Numbered from the stretch's first letter, positions 47,923-56,959 are shown. The stretch: 64,000 nt of DNA from Clostridia bacterium (GCA_017471885.1 JAFURI010000010.1:10419-74418), one strand, 5' to 3'. A program made the numbers and translations. Notes: a model not told the origin generated them from the letters alone.

Positions 47923-49296
47923 TCAATGCTTGCGCTGTGCAGTGTGTGCGTGATGCTCATGCGGACCGCTGTTTGGGCCGTGACGAAGGTGTCTGTCCTT
48001 TGGATGAATGAGATGCGGAATCAGGTGCAGTCTGTCGGTGGGAATGAAGTAGGTTTCCAGTATGGGAACGAGAATAATTGCACAGATACCGCTGGTGAAG
48101 CCGCCGTTATACAGGCAGAAGCCTGCGTGGAAGCTTACGACTGTGGATACGAGGCTGGCATGGAGGAATCCCGCCAGCACGCCGGAAACCGCGCCGAAAT
48201 GCCCTGCGATCTGACAAAGCGCGCAGGCAAAGCTGAAGCCGACAACGATGGACTGTGTGCTCAGCTGGAAATGGAAAAGCGTGGAAGCCAGCAGATATCC
48301 GCCCATGATGGGAAGCACATTCAGGAAATGCCCGCCGCAGGGCGCGATGGCAAGCAGGCAGATGATGCTGCCCATTGTAGGGCCTGTCATGGGGGCACCG
48401 ATAATATTATAATAGAAGGTAACGATCAGACCAAAGATGCCGAGATGTACAAGCGTAAGCGGGATGCCCAGCGTACGGGTGAAGTCGGTTCGATAGCCGG
48501 AGCAGAAGAAAATCTTCTCGTATCCCCTCAGGGTCTTTCCGTTGAAAAACCAGCCGGCGCACAGAGAAATCAGACATACAGTAACCATGAAGGCATTGAC
48601 CGCAAACGTATGGGATTCGCCCAGCCGGGTATTGGTCGGAACCGGAACGTCCATAGCGTGGTACAGCATCGCATAAAGCAGAACGCCGATATAGCCTGCC
48701 ACAGCGGCTGCATTGTAGAGGGAGTATCCCTTGTGGAGATTGGGGCTGTGATGGCATAGGATGGGCATGAGAAAACCGGCGGCTGCGCCGATCAGTACTG
48801 CACAGATGATGCGAAGAAGCATTTCACCGGGAAGACCGTCAAACAGGGGATAGCGCCAAAGAATCTCGCTGACAAACGGAGAGAGGGAGGTCGCGAACAA
48901 GGCGGTATTGATCTGGGAGGCAAAGGGCATGCGGATCGATTTGGTATACAGGAGCGTGCCAAGAATACAGGGCCAGATATTCAGCGCGTTCATGCCGAAG
49001 AAGCTGAAGCCGATGGTCAGGAAGAAGGCCATCAGCGAAACGCCGGACAGCTTTGCGCGGGAACGGGCCAGTATGGCGGTACAGGAAAGACCTACAAGGC
49101 CGACGTTCAGAAATGCGCCTCCGACGCCCCCGACAAGGAAGGCATCCATAGTCAGCTGGGACGGGGAACGCAGTATGGCAAGCAATCCTTCAAGCGATTC
49201 CAGCGGAGGGTCTGCAAGCAAGCCTGCGCCCACGGCTGCAATGCTGAAGAGAAGCATGATGTCTAGAATCTGATGCGCACCCTGCCTGTTGTGCAT
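47923..49296 (-). CDS. polytopic membrane protein of unknown function (DUF1576-like, tentative)
   Basis: GGAGGA RBS before ATG 49296. About 12 TM helices, very Gly/Ala/Leu-rich. No transporter signature that I can name. Confidence 0.5.
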   Translation of the reverse strand: MHNRQGAHQILDIMLLFSIAAVGAGLLADPPLESLEGLLAILRSPSQLTMDAFLVGGVGGAFLNVGLVGLSCTAILARSRAKLSGVSLMAFFLTIGFSFFGMNALNIWPCILGTLLYTKSIRMPFASQINTALFATSLSPFVSEILWRYPLFDGLPGEMLLRIICAVLIGAAAGFLMPILCHHSPNLHKGYSLYNAAAVAGYIGVLLYAMLYHAMDVPVPTNTRLGESHTFAVNAFMVTVCLISLCAGWFFNGKTLRGYEKIFFCSGYRTDFTRTLGIPLTLVHLGIFGLIVTFYYNIIGAPMTGPTMGSIICLLAIAPCGGHFLNVLPIMGGYLLASTLFHFQLSTQSIVVGFSFACALCQIAGHFGAVSGVLAGFLHASLVSTVVSFHAGFCLYNGGFTSGICAIILVPILETYFIPTDRLHLIPHLIHPKDRHLRHGPNSGPHEHHAHTAQRKH

Positions 49297-49396
49297 GGAA
49301 ATCCTCCTGTCGGCTTGTGGAATAGGCGGTTTCATTTAGATCATTATAGCATAAGCGATATGAGATGAAAAGCAGGAATATTCGCAAATGCCGAAA

Positions 49397-49430
49397 GACC
49401 GACCGGAGTCGCGATGGACTCCGGTCGGTT
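49397..49430 (-). terminator. terminator hairpin after the EF-G/Tet-like GTPase gene
   Basis: 13-14-bp stem GACCGACCGGAGTC / GACTCCGGTCGGTT with a moderately U-rich tail on the minus strand. Confidence 0.55.
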
Positions 49431-49437
49431 TCGGGAA

Positions 49438-51372
49438 TTACGGACCTTCGTATACGGTATGAGCGTGACTACGCACTTCATTCCAGGGTACGGTATACCC
49501 TGCGCCGTGGGAACAGAAGACGGAATCCGGCGTGTCATCCTCCAGCGGATTGTAACCGGAGGCTTCTACAACAGCAGTTTGATTCCGGCAGGGCGCATAG
49601 CGGCTCATCCATAGCTGGAGAGAGCCGCGCCCTCGTGTGAGCGCCATGAAGTCATCCTGCCATGTGCTAAAGAGCGCATACCGGGCTTCGCCGGAAAGAA
49701 CCACGTCCTCGTCGTCGTATTCCGGCAGATCAATGTCCGCCTGAATGCGCGTCAGTGCAGCAGTCAGAGGACCGTAAAAGTCTTTGGGAGCGCGGATTCG
49801 GAAACCGCACATCGGCTCCAGCAGGATGCAGTCGGCATACATCAGCGCATTGCGGATGGCACGATAGGTGCTCTGGCGGAAATCGCCGCCTTCTGTGTGC
49901 TTGAGATGCGCGCGTCCGACAAGCAGCTCCACGCATACGTCAGTCAGCGGCGCGCCTGTCAGGACGCCCTTGTGGGTCTTTTCGAAAACATGGGAGCGGA
50001 TCAGCCGCTGCCAGTTCATGGTCAGGACGTCCACATGGCACAGACTCCTGAAATCCATGCCGCTGCCTTCGGGCAGAGGAACGAGACGGAGCTGCACTTC
50101 AGCGTAGTGCCGCAGCGGTTCATAATGACCGATGCCGATGCTTGAAGAGGCGATGGTTTCCTTATACAGTACGCGGGGCGGACCGAAGGATACTTCGTAG
50201 CCGAAGCGGTCCAGCAGTTGCTGGCGAAGCACGTCCAGCTGGATTTTACCCATGATATGCACCGCGATGCGTCCGTTACCGGCAGAAACTGCAAGAGAGG
50301 GTTCCTCGTCTTCAAGTATCTTCAAGGCCTCTGTCATACGGAAGGCCGGCACGGCCTGCTGATCCCAGACCAGGTCGGCGGCCATCATGGGTATGGTTCG
50401 GAAGCTGTTGCGCTCATCAAGGCCTAAGCAATCGCCGGGCGAGACGCCTTCCAGACCGGGAATGGCGACAATGTCGCCTGCGCGGACGGAATCTGCAGAG
50501 TGGTACTTGCCGCCGTGATAGATACGCAGCTCGTTGATCTTGTATCCGCCGGGCAGCTCATCCTTGACACGGAGCGTTCCGCTCAGCAGCTTGAGAAAGC
50601 ACAGCCGTGTACCGGCTTCATATCTGACCCTGAAGCAGCGCGCCCTGACAGGCTCGTCCGCGTGCAGATCATAATCCGTGGCGGTCAGCGTGGACAGCAG
50701 ATGCGTAAAGGCGCTGACGCCAAGCGCGCTCAGGGCTGCGCCAGACATCACTGGAAAGCACAGCCTCTGTCTGATCTGATCCCGCAGGGCCTGCAACCAT
50801 ATTGTGCGGTCATATCCCTGTGAGAAGAGTCGGTCAAGCAGCTGCTCGTTACGTTCGGCAACGGCCTCCTGCAGCGCCTCATCCATATCGCCATTCTGCT
50901 GCAGGGAACGCAGATCGATTACGTCTGAGGAAAGCCGTCTGCGCATCTGCGAGATCACGGCGTCCTGATCAGTCCCGGCACGGTCGGTCTTGTTGAGAAA
51001 AATCATGACCGGTACATTGTAATGCTTCAGAAGACGCCAGACCGTTTCCGTATGGCTTTGCACACCCTCGGCGCAGCTGATGACAAGGACGGCGTAATCC
51101 ATGACGGAAAGCGCGCGTTCCATCTCTGTGGAGAAGTCCACATGCCCCGGCGTGTCAAGCCAGTAGATCGTGTCGCCGTCCAGATCAAAGCAGGCTTGTC
51201 CGGAGAAAATGGTGATTCCGCGCTGTCGTTCCAGCGGATGAGTGTCCAGAAAAGTATCCTGATGATCCACGCGCCCCGGATTGCGGATAGCGCGGGCATG
51301 AAACAGCACCTGTTCGGACAGGGTTGTTTTCCCTGCGTCCACATGGGCGAGGATTCCAATGGTCTTTCGCAC
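49438..51372 (-). CDS. EF-G paralog of the Tet(M)/Tet(O) ribosomal-protection-like GTPase group
   Basis: ILAHVDAGKTTL (G1), DTPGHVDF (G3), NKTD (G4), five-domain EF-G-like length. Probable GTG start at 51372 (GGGTGA RBS 7 nt upstream). The track ORF extends to TTG 51396. Confidence 0.8.
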   Translation of the reverse strand: MRKTIGILAHVDAGKTTLSEQVLFHARAIRNPGRVDHQDTFLDTHPLERQRGITIFSGQACFDLDGDTIYWLDTPGHVDFSTEMERALSVMDYAVLVISCAEGVQSHTETVWRLLKHYNVPVMIFLNKTDRAGTDQDAVISQMRRRLSSDVIDLRSLQQNGDMDEALQEAVAERNEQLLDRLFSQGYDRTIWLQALRDQIRQRLCFPVMSGAALSALGVSAFTHLLSTLTATDYDLHADEPVRARCFRVRYEAGTRLCFLKLLSGTLRVKDELPGGYKINELRIYHGGKYHSADSVRAGDIVAIPGLEGVSPGDCLGLDERNSFRTIPMMAADLVWDQQAVPAFRMTEALKILEDEEPSLAVSAGNGRIAVHIMGKIQLDVLRQQLLDRFGYEVSFGPPRVLYKETIASSSIGIGHYEPLRHYAEVQLRLVPLPEGSGMDFRSLCHVDVLTMNWQRLIRSHVFEKTHKGVLTGAPLTDVCVELLVGRAHLKHTEGGDFRQSTYRAIRNALMYADCILLEPMCGFRIRAPKDFYGPLTAALTRIQADIDLPEYDDEDVVLSGEARYALFSTWQDDFMALTRGRGSLQLWMSRYAPCRNQTAVVEASGYNPLEDDTPDSVFCSHGAGYTVPWNEVRSHAHTVYEGP

Positions 51373-51485
51373 GATGGCTTCACCCTTTCTGTGCAACAGT
51401 ATACCTTAATCCCTGCCTTGGTGCAAGGCTTGCAAGGCAGGAAAGAGCGTGGTATCATGTGTTCAGAAGACAAGGAGGCGTTGGC

Positions 51486-53114
51486 ATGAGCTGGAATCAG
51501 GAGTATCCCCGTCCGATGCTGAAGCGGGAAGGATGGCTTTCACTGAACGGTACGTGGAAGGTGAACGGACAAGAGGTTCAGGTGCCGTATCCGCTTCAGT
51601 CGCAGCTGTCGGGGTGGCAGGGCCCCGTGCCTGAAGTCATGCATTACGAACGTATGTTTCGGGTGCCGGGTAAGCTGCTTCTCCCGGCTTCGCGTCTGAT
51701 GCTGCATTTCGGCGCGGTGGATCAGATTGCCTGTGTGAAACTGAACGGACGTGAAGTGATCCGGCACGAGGGCGGGTATCTGCCCTTCAGCGCAGACGTG
51801 ACGGATTATGTGCATGCAGGGGAAAATCTGCTGACCGTCGAAGCACGGGACACGCTTGACCCCGTATATCCCAGGGGCAAGCAGTCTGCCAGACCCGGCG
51901 GCATGTGGTACACCCCTGTCAGCGGTATCTGGCAAACGGTGTGGCTGGAGTGCGTACCGGAGAAACATGCAATACGGAAAATCAGGATCACGCCCGACAC
52001 GGAAGGCTTTCACATCTATGTGGATACGGATGTCGAAGCCGTACGCCTGACTGTGGACGGAAAACAGCTTGTGATTGATACTGGCAGAGAAGTGAGGGTA
52101 TCAATCGAAAATGCGCATCTCTGGTCGCCGGAGGATCCTTTCCTTTATGCCATCACGTTGGAAACAGATACGGACAGGGTCGAGAGCTATACCGCGCTGC
52201 GGAGGATTGAGATCAGGGATAATGCCGGAAAAAGGACAGTCATGCTCAACGGACGTCCCGTGTTCTGGAACGCGGTACTGGATCAGGGCTATTTTACGGA
52301 TGGTATTTTCCTTCCCGGGAATCCGCAGGAGTATGACAGGGACGTCCTTCGCATGAAGGATCTGGGCTTCAACATGCTGCGCAAGCATATCAAGATAGAG
52401 CCGGAACGTTTCTATGAGGCCTGCGACCGTCTCGGTATGCTTGTGATGCAGGACATGGTATCCTCCGGCGGTTACAATTTCCTTCTGGATACGGCGCTGC
52501 CCACCATCGGCCTGACCCGCCGGCCGGATTGCTTCCCGGGTGATAAGAAGCGGAAAGAATTTTTCCATCAGCATTGCGTGGATACGGTGGAGCATCTGTG
52601 GAATCATCCCTGTGTGGTAGCGTATACCATTTTCAATGAAGGCTGGGGTCAGTTCTGCGCAGATGAAATGTACCGGACGCTGAAAGCGAAGGATCCCACG
52701 CGCATCTGGGACGCAACCTCCGGATGGTTTACAAGGAAGGAGAGCGATCTGGACAGCGTGCATGTATACTTCCGCAACAAGGTGCTCAAAGGAGGCGGGC
52801 GGCCGCTGTTCCTGAGTGAGTGCGGCGGGTATGCCCGCGCGGTGGAGGGGCATCGCTTTAAGGAAGACGGCAAGTACGGCTACGGTACGGCCGGGACAGA
52901 GGAAGCTCTGACGGAGCGCATTGTGCAGCTGTACCGGGAAATGGTGCTTCCTTCCATCGACAACGGCCTTTGCGGCGTGGTGTATACGCAGCTGAGCGAC
53001 GTGGAGGAGGAGATCAACGGTCTGTACACCTACGACAGGCAGGTATGCAAGGTGGACCGGGCTCGCATCAGATCAATTCTGAAGGAAGCGGAGGACCGGT
53101 ATGGAAAGCATTGA
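51486..53114 (+). CDS. glycoside hydrolase family 2 (beta-galactosidase/glucuronidase-type), no signal peptide
   Basis: GGAGG RBS before ATG 51486. Sugar-binding, Ig-like and TIM-barrel order. Acid/base TIFNEGWGQF and nucleophile-region FLSECGGY. Confidence 0.8.
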   Translation: MSWNQEYPRPMLKREGWLSLNGTWKVNGQEVQVPYPLQSQLSGWQGPVPEVMHYERMFRVPGKLLLPASRLMLHFGAVDQIACVKLNGREVIRHEGGYLPFSADVTDYVHAGENLLTVEARDTLDPVYPRGKQSARPGGMWYTPVSGIWQTVWLECVPEKHAIRKIRITPDTEGFHIYVDTDVEAVRLTVDGKQLVIDTGREVRVSIENAHLWSPEDPFLYAITLETDTDRVESYTALRRIEIRDNAGKRTVMLNGRPVFWNAVLDQGYFTDGIFLPGNPQEYDRDVLRMKDLGFNMLRKHIKIEPERFYEACDRLGMLVMQDMVSSGGYNFLLDTALPTIGLTRRPDCFPGDKKRKEFFHQHCVDTVEHLWNHPCVVAYTIFNEGWGQFCADEMYRTLKAKDPTRIWDATSGWFTRKESDLDSVHVYFRNKVLKGGGRPLFLSECGGYARAVEGHRFKEDGKYGYGTAGTEEALTERIVQLYREMVLPSIDNGLCGVVYTQLSDVEEEINGLYTYDRQVCKVDRARIRSILKEAEDRYGKH

Positions 53115-53616
53115 ACTGAGCGGCAGTCCATACCGGGTGCTTCGGCTGCTTGGTAAAGGCAAAGGCGGGTACTCCTATCTGGTGGAGGATAATGGCAGGC
53201 AATATGTACTCAAGCAAATCCACCATGAGCCGTGCGATTACTATCAGTTCGGGAATAAGATGGAATCCGAGTTGAGGGATTATCAGCGGCTGAAGGACGT
53301 GGGAATCCGCATGCCGGAGTTGCTGGCGGTGGATCGGGAAAACGAGCGTATTCTGAAGGAATATATAGAGGGCGATACCATCGACTGCCTGATCACGGCG
53401 GGAAAAATGAAGGACGAATCTGTCCAGCAGGTGGAATTCATGTGCGGGCTGCTGTATCCTGCCGGGTTGAATATCGACTATTACCCCACCAATTTTGTGG
53501 TGCGTGACGGCTTGCTCTATTATGTAGATTACGAGTGCAACGCCTACATGGAGCAGTGGGACTTTGATCACTGGGGAAGAAAGTACTGGATTGCGGATGA
53601 AAGAATGGAGGGCTGA
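53101..53616 (+). CDS. 171-aa minimal protein-kinase-like fold protein (RIO/Bud32/Kdo-kinase-like)
   Basis: GGAGGA RBS. Overlaps the GH2 stop by 14 nt. Gly-loop LGKGKGGYSY, VLKQ lysine, ESELRDYQRL helix-C Glu, catalytic-loop-like NIDYYPTNFVV, metal-binding-like YYVDYE. Confidence 0.55.
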   Translation: MESIELSGSPYRVLRLLGKGKGGYSYLVEDNGRQYVLKQIHHEPCDYYQFGNKMESELRDYQRLKDVGIRMPELLAVDRENERILKEYIEGDTIDCLITAGKMKDESVQQVEFMCGLLYPAGLNIDYYPTNFVVRDGLLYYVDYECNAYMEQWDFDHWGRKYWIADERMEG

Positions 53617-53619
53617 ATC

Positions 53620-53823
53620 ATGGCGCTGAAGATTTACAACAGCGAGTATGTTCTTGGCGACGATCCTGATGCGATCTACATGGATTCGGCCGGACTGTAT
53701 TACGTCCTTGGTGAAGGAAATACGCCTTCCCACGCCTATGAAAACAGGGTTATTTTGTCGGATAGAGATGTGGAAAAACTGAAGCGGCAGGCTGATGGCA
53801 AAAGAAATGGCAAAAAGCGATGA
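53620..53823 (+). CDS. 67-aa protein of unknown function with a basic C-terminal tail
   Basis: GGAGGG RBS 7 nt upstream. Starts 3 nt after the kinase-like ORF. Ends ...KLKRQADGKRNGKKR and is followed by a strong terminator. Confidence 0.45.
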   Translation: MALKIYNSEYVLGDDPDAIYMDSAGLYYVLGEGNTPSHAYENRVILSDRDVEKLKRQADGKRNGKKR

Positions 53824-53857
53824 AGCAAAAAGGACTGCGGCTGACGGATAAAAACAG

Positions 53858-53888
53858 ATCCCCGAAAGCGATAGATGCTTTCGGGGAT
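53858..53888. terminator. bidirectional terminator hairpin
   Basis: 12-bp stem ATCCCCGAAAGC / GCTTTCGGGGAT (53858-53869 / 53877-53888) between convergent genes. Confidence 0.7.
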
Positions 53889-53904
53889 TTGCATTGTGTG
53901 GATA

Positions 53905-55098
53905 TTACCAGGTGTCGCAGGCGTCGGCGTAGAAGGCGTTCATCTCTTCCTTGGTGGGGAACAGAGCCACGTACATCTGGTTGCCCATGGCGCCGGAGAG
54001 AGCGTCGGGGATGCGGTTCACCATGCGCATCTGCTTCTGATACTTGGCGCACAGCTCCTGGTGGGAAATCTTGAAGTTCTTGCCGTCGCGACGGCCGGCG
54101 AAGGCACAGTAGTTCTTCTCGCCGCAGACCTTCAGGCTGGAGTCGAAGGCGATCATATCAGCATAGATCTTGTACACGTCGGTGGAGTTGGCGAAGTTCA
54201 TCATATCGGGAGAGAAGCCGCCGCAGGGACGCATGTTGACTTCCAGCGCGACCACGTCGCCCTTCTTGCCCATGTGGGGATGATCGGCGGTCAGACGGAA
54301 GAACTCAAAATGCACGAAGCGGTTCTTGACTCCGAAGGACTTCACCGTCGCGCGGCCGGCCTTGCGGGTATCCTCGGGCAGCTCGTTGACGATGTAGTAG
54401 ATGGAGTTGTCGCCGGTGTTGACCACGTCCATGATGGAGTTGGGGGTCACGTTGCCGGTCTCGAAGATAGGCTCGCCCTTGCTGTCGATAATGGCGTCAT
54501 AGCTGTTCACCTCGGCGGTGATGAACTCCTCCATGATGTAGCGCACGGAAGGATCCTTCTCCGCGATGAAGCCGCGCAGATCGTCGTCGGACTTCAGCTT
54601 GTAGGTGGAGGAAGCGCCAACGCCGTTGTCAGGCTTGACGATGACGGGATAATCCACTTCATCAATGAACTTGCGGCAGCCGTCGAAGTCGTCCACGATG
54701 TGATAACGGGCGGTGGGAATGCCCACGGCCTGATAGTAGGGCTTCATGCCGGACTTGTACTTGATGCGGGCCATATCTTCCACCTGGAAACCGGAGGTGA
54801 TGTGGAAGTCGGTGCGCAGCATGGCGTCGCGCTCCAGCCAGTACTCATTGTTGCTCTCCAGCCAGTCAATGCGGCCATACTTGCTGATGAAGAATGCCAC
54901 GGCGCGGTACACCTCGTCGTAGTTCTCCATGGAGCCGACCTTGTAATACTCGTTCAGGTTTGCCTTCAGTTCAGGCAGCAGGGTGTCGTAAGGCTGATCG
55001 CCGATGCCCAGCACGTTCAGGCCGTTGTCCTTCAGGTGCTTGCAGAACTGCCAGTAGTTGGTGGGGAAGTTAGGGGAGATGAAAATGAAATTCTTCAT
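53905..55098 (-). CDS. ATP-grasp domain protein (carboxylate-amine/thiol ligase-type), function unknown
   Basis: Pre-ATP-grasp N-domain (MKNFIFISPNFP...LNVLGIGD). ATP-grasp core (...YPVIVKPDNGVGASSTYKL...YIMEEFI...ALEVNMRPCGG). Confidence 0.8.
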   Translation of the reverse strand: MKNFIFISPNFPTNYWQFCKHLKDNGLNVLGIGDQPYDTLLPELKANLNEYYKVGSMENYDEVYRAVAFFISKYGRIDWLESNNEYWLERDAMLRTDFHITSGFQVEDMARIKYKSGMKPYYQAVGIPTARYHIVDDFDGCRKFIDEVDYPVIVKPDNGVGASSTYKLKSDDDLRGFIAEKDPSVRYIMEEFITAEVNSYDAIIDSKGEPIFETGNVTPNSIMDVVNTGDNSIYYIVNELPEDTRKAGRATVKSFGVKNRFVHFEFFRLTADHPHMGKKGDVVALEVNMRPCGGFSPDMMNFANSTDVYKIYADMIAFDSSLKVCGEKNYCAFAGRRDGKNFKISHQELCAKYQKQMRMVNRIPDALSGAMGNQMYVALFPTKEEMNAFYADACDTW

Positions 55099-55131
55099 GG
55101 GAAGACCACCTTTTATGTAGATTTTGTTTGC

Positions 55132-55887
55132 TTACAGAATGTTGGGTACGTGGACGGCCACCTGCTTGTACCACCAGTTCCAGTGATGCTCCACGTCATG
55201 GCCCCATATGTCAAAACGGACGTTGATACCCTTGCGGGCGCAGATGTCGCGCAGGGCGAAGGTGCTGTCCGGGATTTCCCAAGGGCCCTGACCTACCACG
55301 ATAACGCCCTTGCCGCTGTTATACTTGGCGATATAGGGGTGATCATCGGGCAGACCGCCCAGATAGTGCACAGGACTGTTCTTGTACACTTCGTCATCCA
55401 TGTAGCCGGGGAAGCCGTACTCGGAGGTGAAAATGCCGGAGAGCGCGAGCGTCCCGTCAAACATGTCGGGGAAACGGAAGAACAGGTTGGCGGCATGGGT
55501 AGCTCCCAGACTGCAGCCGAAGGAAACGATCCGGGGCTCGCCCTCCCAGCCGTTCTTCTCGCAGGTATACTTGCGGATGAAGGGAACAACCTCGCTGGTG
55601 ATGTAGCTGATCCACTGCTCATGACGGCGGATGCGCCAGTAGGCGTCGTTCTTGGCGGAGTAGGTCTCCAGATCCATTGTATCAATGGCGAAAACCATGC
55701 ACTGACCGTTTTCAATCCAGGGCGACCAGGCGTCGGTCATCTTGTAGTTCTCGAAATCATAGAAACGACCGTCCTGACAGGGGATGAAGAGTACGGGACG
55801 GCCGGCGTGGCCGTATACCTTGACCTCCATGTCACGGTTCAGGGAAGGGCTGTACCATTTGGTGTAATGCGTCTGCAATGTATTCAA
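55132..55887 (-). CDS. esterase-family alpha/beta hydrolase (PF00756-like), paralog 2
   Basis: GCSLG nucleophile elbow. ...VYGHAGRPVLFIPCQDGRFYDFE... The start is ambiguous: TTG 55887 directly abuts the GGAGG RBS, so TTG 55878 is more likely. Confidence 0.72.
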   Translation of the reverse strand: MNTLQTHYTKWYSPSLNRDMEVKVYGHAGRPVLFIPCQDGRFYDFENYKMTDAWSPWIENGQCMVFAIDTMDLETYSAKNDAYWRIRRHEQWISYITSEVVPFIRKYTCEKNGWEGEPRIVSFGCSLGATHAANLFFRFPDMFDGTLALSGIFTSEYGFPGYMDDEVYKNSPVHYLGGLPDDHPYIAKYNSGKGVIVVGQGPWEIPDSTFALRDICARKGINVRFDIWGHDVEHHWNWWYKQVAVHVPNIL

Positions 55888-55893
55888 CCTCCG

Positions 55894-56661
55894 TTATTTT
55901 CTTGTGTACAGGAGCGTGTTGATGAAGAAGGGGATCTGCTCCTCCCAGCAGGTCTCGCAATGCTCGCCGCCCGGGACGATGCGGCTGGTGAGGAAGACGC
56001 GCTTCTCCAGCAGCTGCGCGGTGACCCTGGCAAACTGGGAGCGCATACGCGCATGGTTGTCCATCTCGCGGGAGCCGTAATCCATATAGATGACGGTTTC
56101 CGGATCTATCTCTGCATCGGCTATCAGCTGGTGCAGGGATTTGATGGAAAACCACAGCGACGGCGAAAGGCAGGCAGCCCGGGAAAACACCTCGTTGTAC
56201 TGCAGCACGGCGTACAGACTCATCAGTCCGCCCATGGAGCTTCCGGCAATGTAGGTGAAATCGCGATCCGGGATGGTGGGGTAGCGGCGGTCGATGAACG
56301 GCTTGAGATCGCCCACCAGCCAGTCCATATACTCCTTGCCGCGGCCCGTGATACTGCCGAACTTCGGAGCCTTGAAGGTGTAGGGCGAGTATTCCTTCAG
56401 CCGACCATGATCCGGGCTATGGTTGCAGTCCACGGCTACGATGATCAAGGGGGTTCCGGATTCTTCCATGAATTCTTTCATGCCCCAGCTTTTGCCGTAG
56501 GTGGCGTCGCTGTCGAAAAAGAGGTTGTGTCCGTCGAACATGTACAGCACGGGGAATCTTGCATCCGGATCCGTTTGTGCAAGCTCAGGCGTGTAGACGT
56601 AAACGGTGCGGGGTTCGCGGCCGGTCAGCTCCGGCAGCACCGTCGGCCATTTCTCAATCAT
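55894..56661 (-). CDS. esterase-family alpha/beta hydrolase (PF00756-like), paralog 1
   Basis: AGGAAGG RBS before ATG 56661. ...PVLYMFDGHNLF... and GSSMGG nucleophile elbow. The track ORF extension to 56760 is unsupported. Confidence 0.75.
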   Translation of the reverse strand: MIEKWPTVLPELTGREPRTVYVYTPELAQTDPDARFPVLYMFDGHNLFFDSDATYGKSWGMKEFMEESGTPLIIVAVDCNHSPDHGRLKEYSPYTFKAPKFGSITGRGKEYMDWLVGDLKPFIDRRYPTIPDRDFTYIAGSSMGGLMSLYAVLQYNEVFSRAACLSPSLWFSIKSLHQLIADAEIDPETVIYMDYGSREMDNHARMRSQFARVTAQLLEKRVFLTSRIVPGGEHCETCWEEQIPFFINTLLYTRK

Positions 56662-56917
56662 AAGAACCTTCCTGAAAAATGATAGCAGCCGAAGCTGCAT
56701 GTAATAGTTTACCATAGCATGAACAATGAGACAAGCCGAAAATGGGCAACTTTTCTGCATTTCTTGCGTATTTTTCCTGCGTTTTCTTTAAGCTGTCGGT
56801 AAATGCAGGGCGATTACGGATAAATGGGGAGGAAGTTATGCAAAATCGCATGCACAGACGAGCCGAGAAAATGGGATTTCCGGAAGAAAAAACACAGGAA
56901 AAACAAGTGTTTTCCTC

Positions 56918-56946
56918 TTGACTTATGCGTAAGAATCGTATATTCT
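56918..56946 (+). promoter_or_regulatory. sigma-A promoter of the T-box leader
   Basis: TTGACT (56918-56923), 17 nt, TATTCT (56941-56946). Alternative -10 is TATATT at 56939-56944. Confidence 0.5.
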
Positions 56947-56959
56947 TTAGTCAATCCAA

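Noticed and set aside
49438-51372. Calling this gene a tetracycline-resistance determinant
   Set aside because: General RPP-like architecture is present, but the domain IV loop III motif needed for tetracycline displacement is not. It is reported as an EF-G/Tet-like paralog of unknown function instead.
53875-56682. 935-aa plus-strand ORF spanning the ATP-grasp and both esterase genes
   Set aside because: It runs antisense across three separate, well-supported genes and their intergenic gaps. Its composition (G/V/A/H/L/D runs) is typical of antisense translation, with no RBS or motifs.
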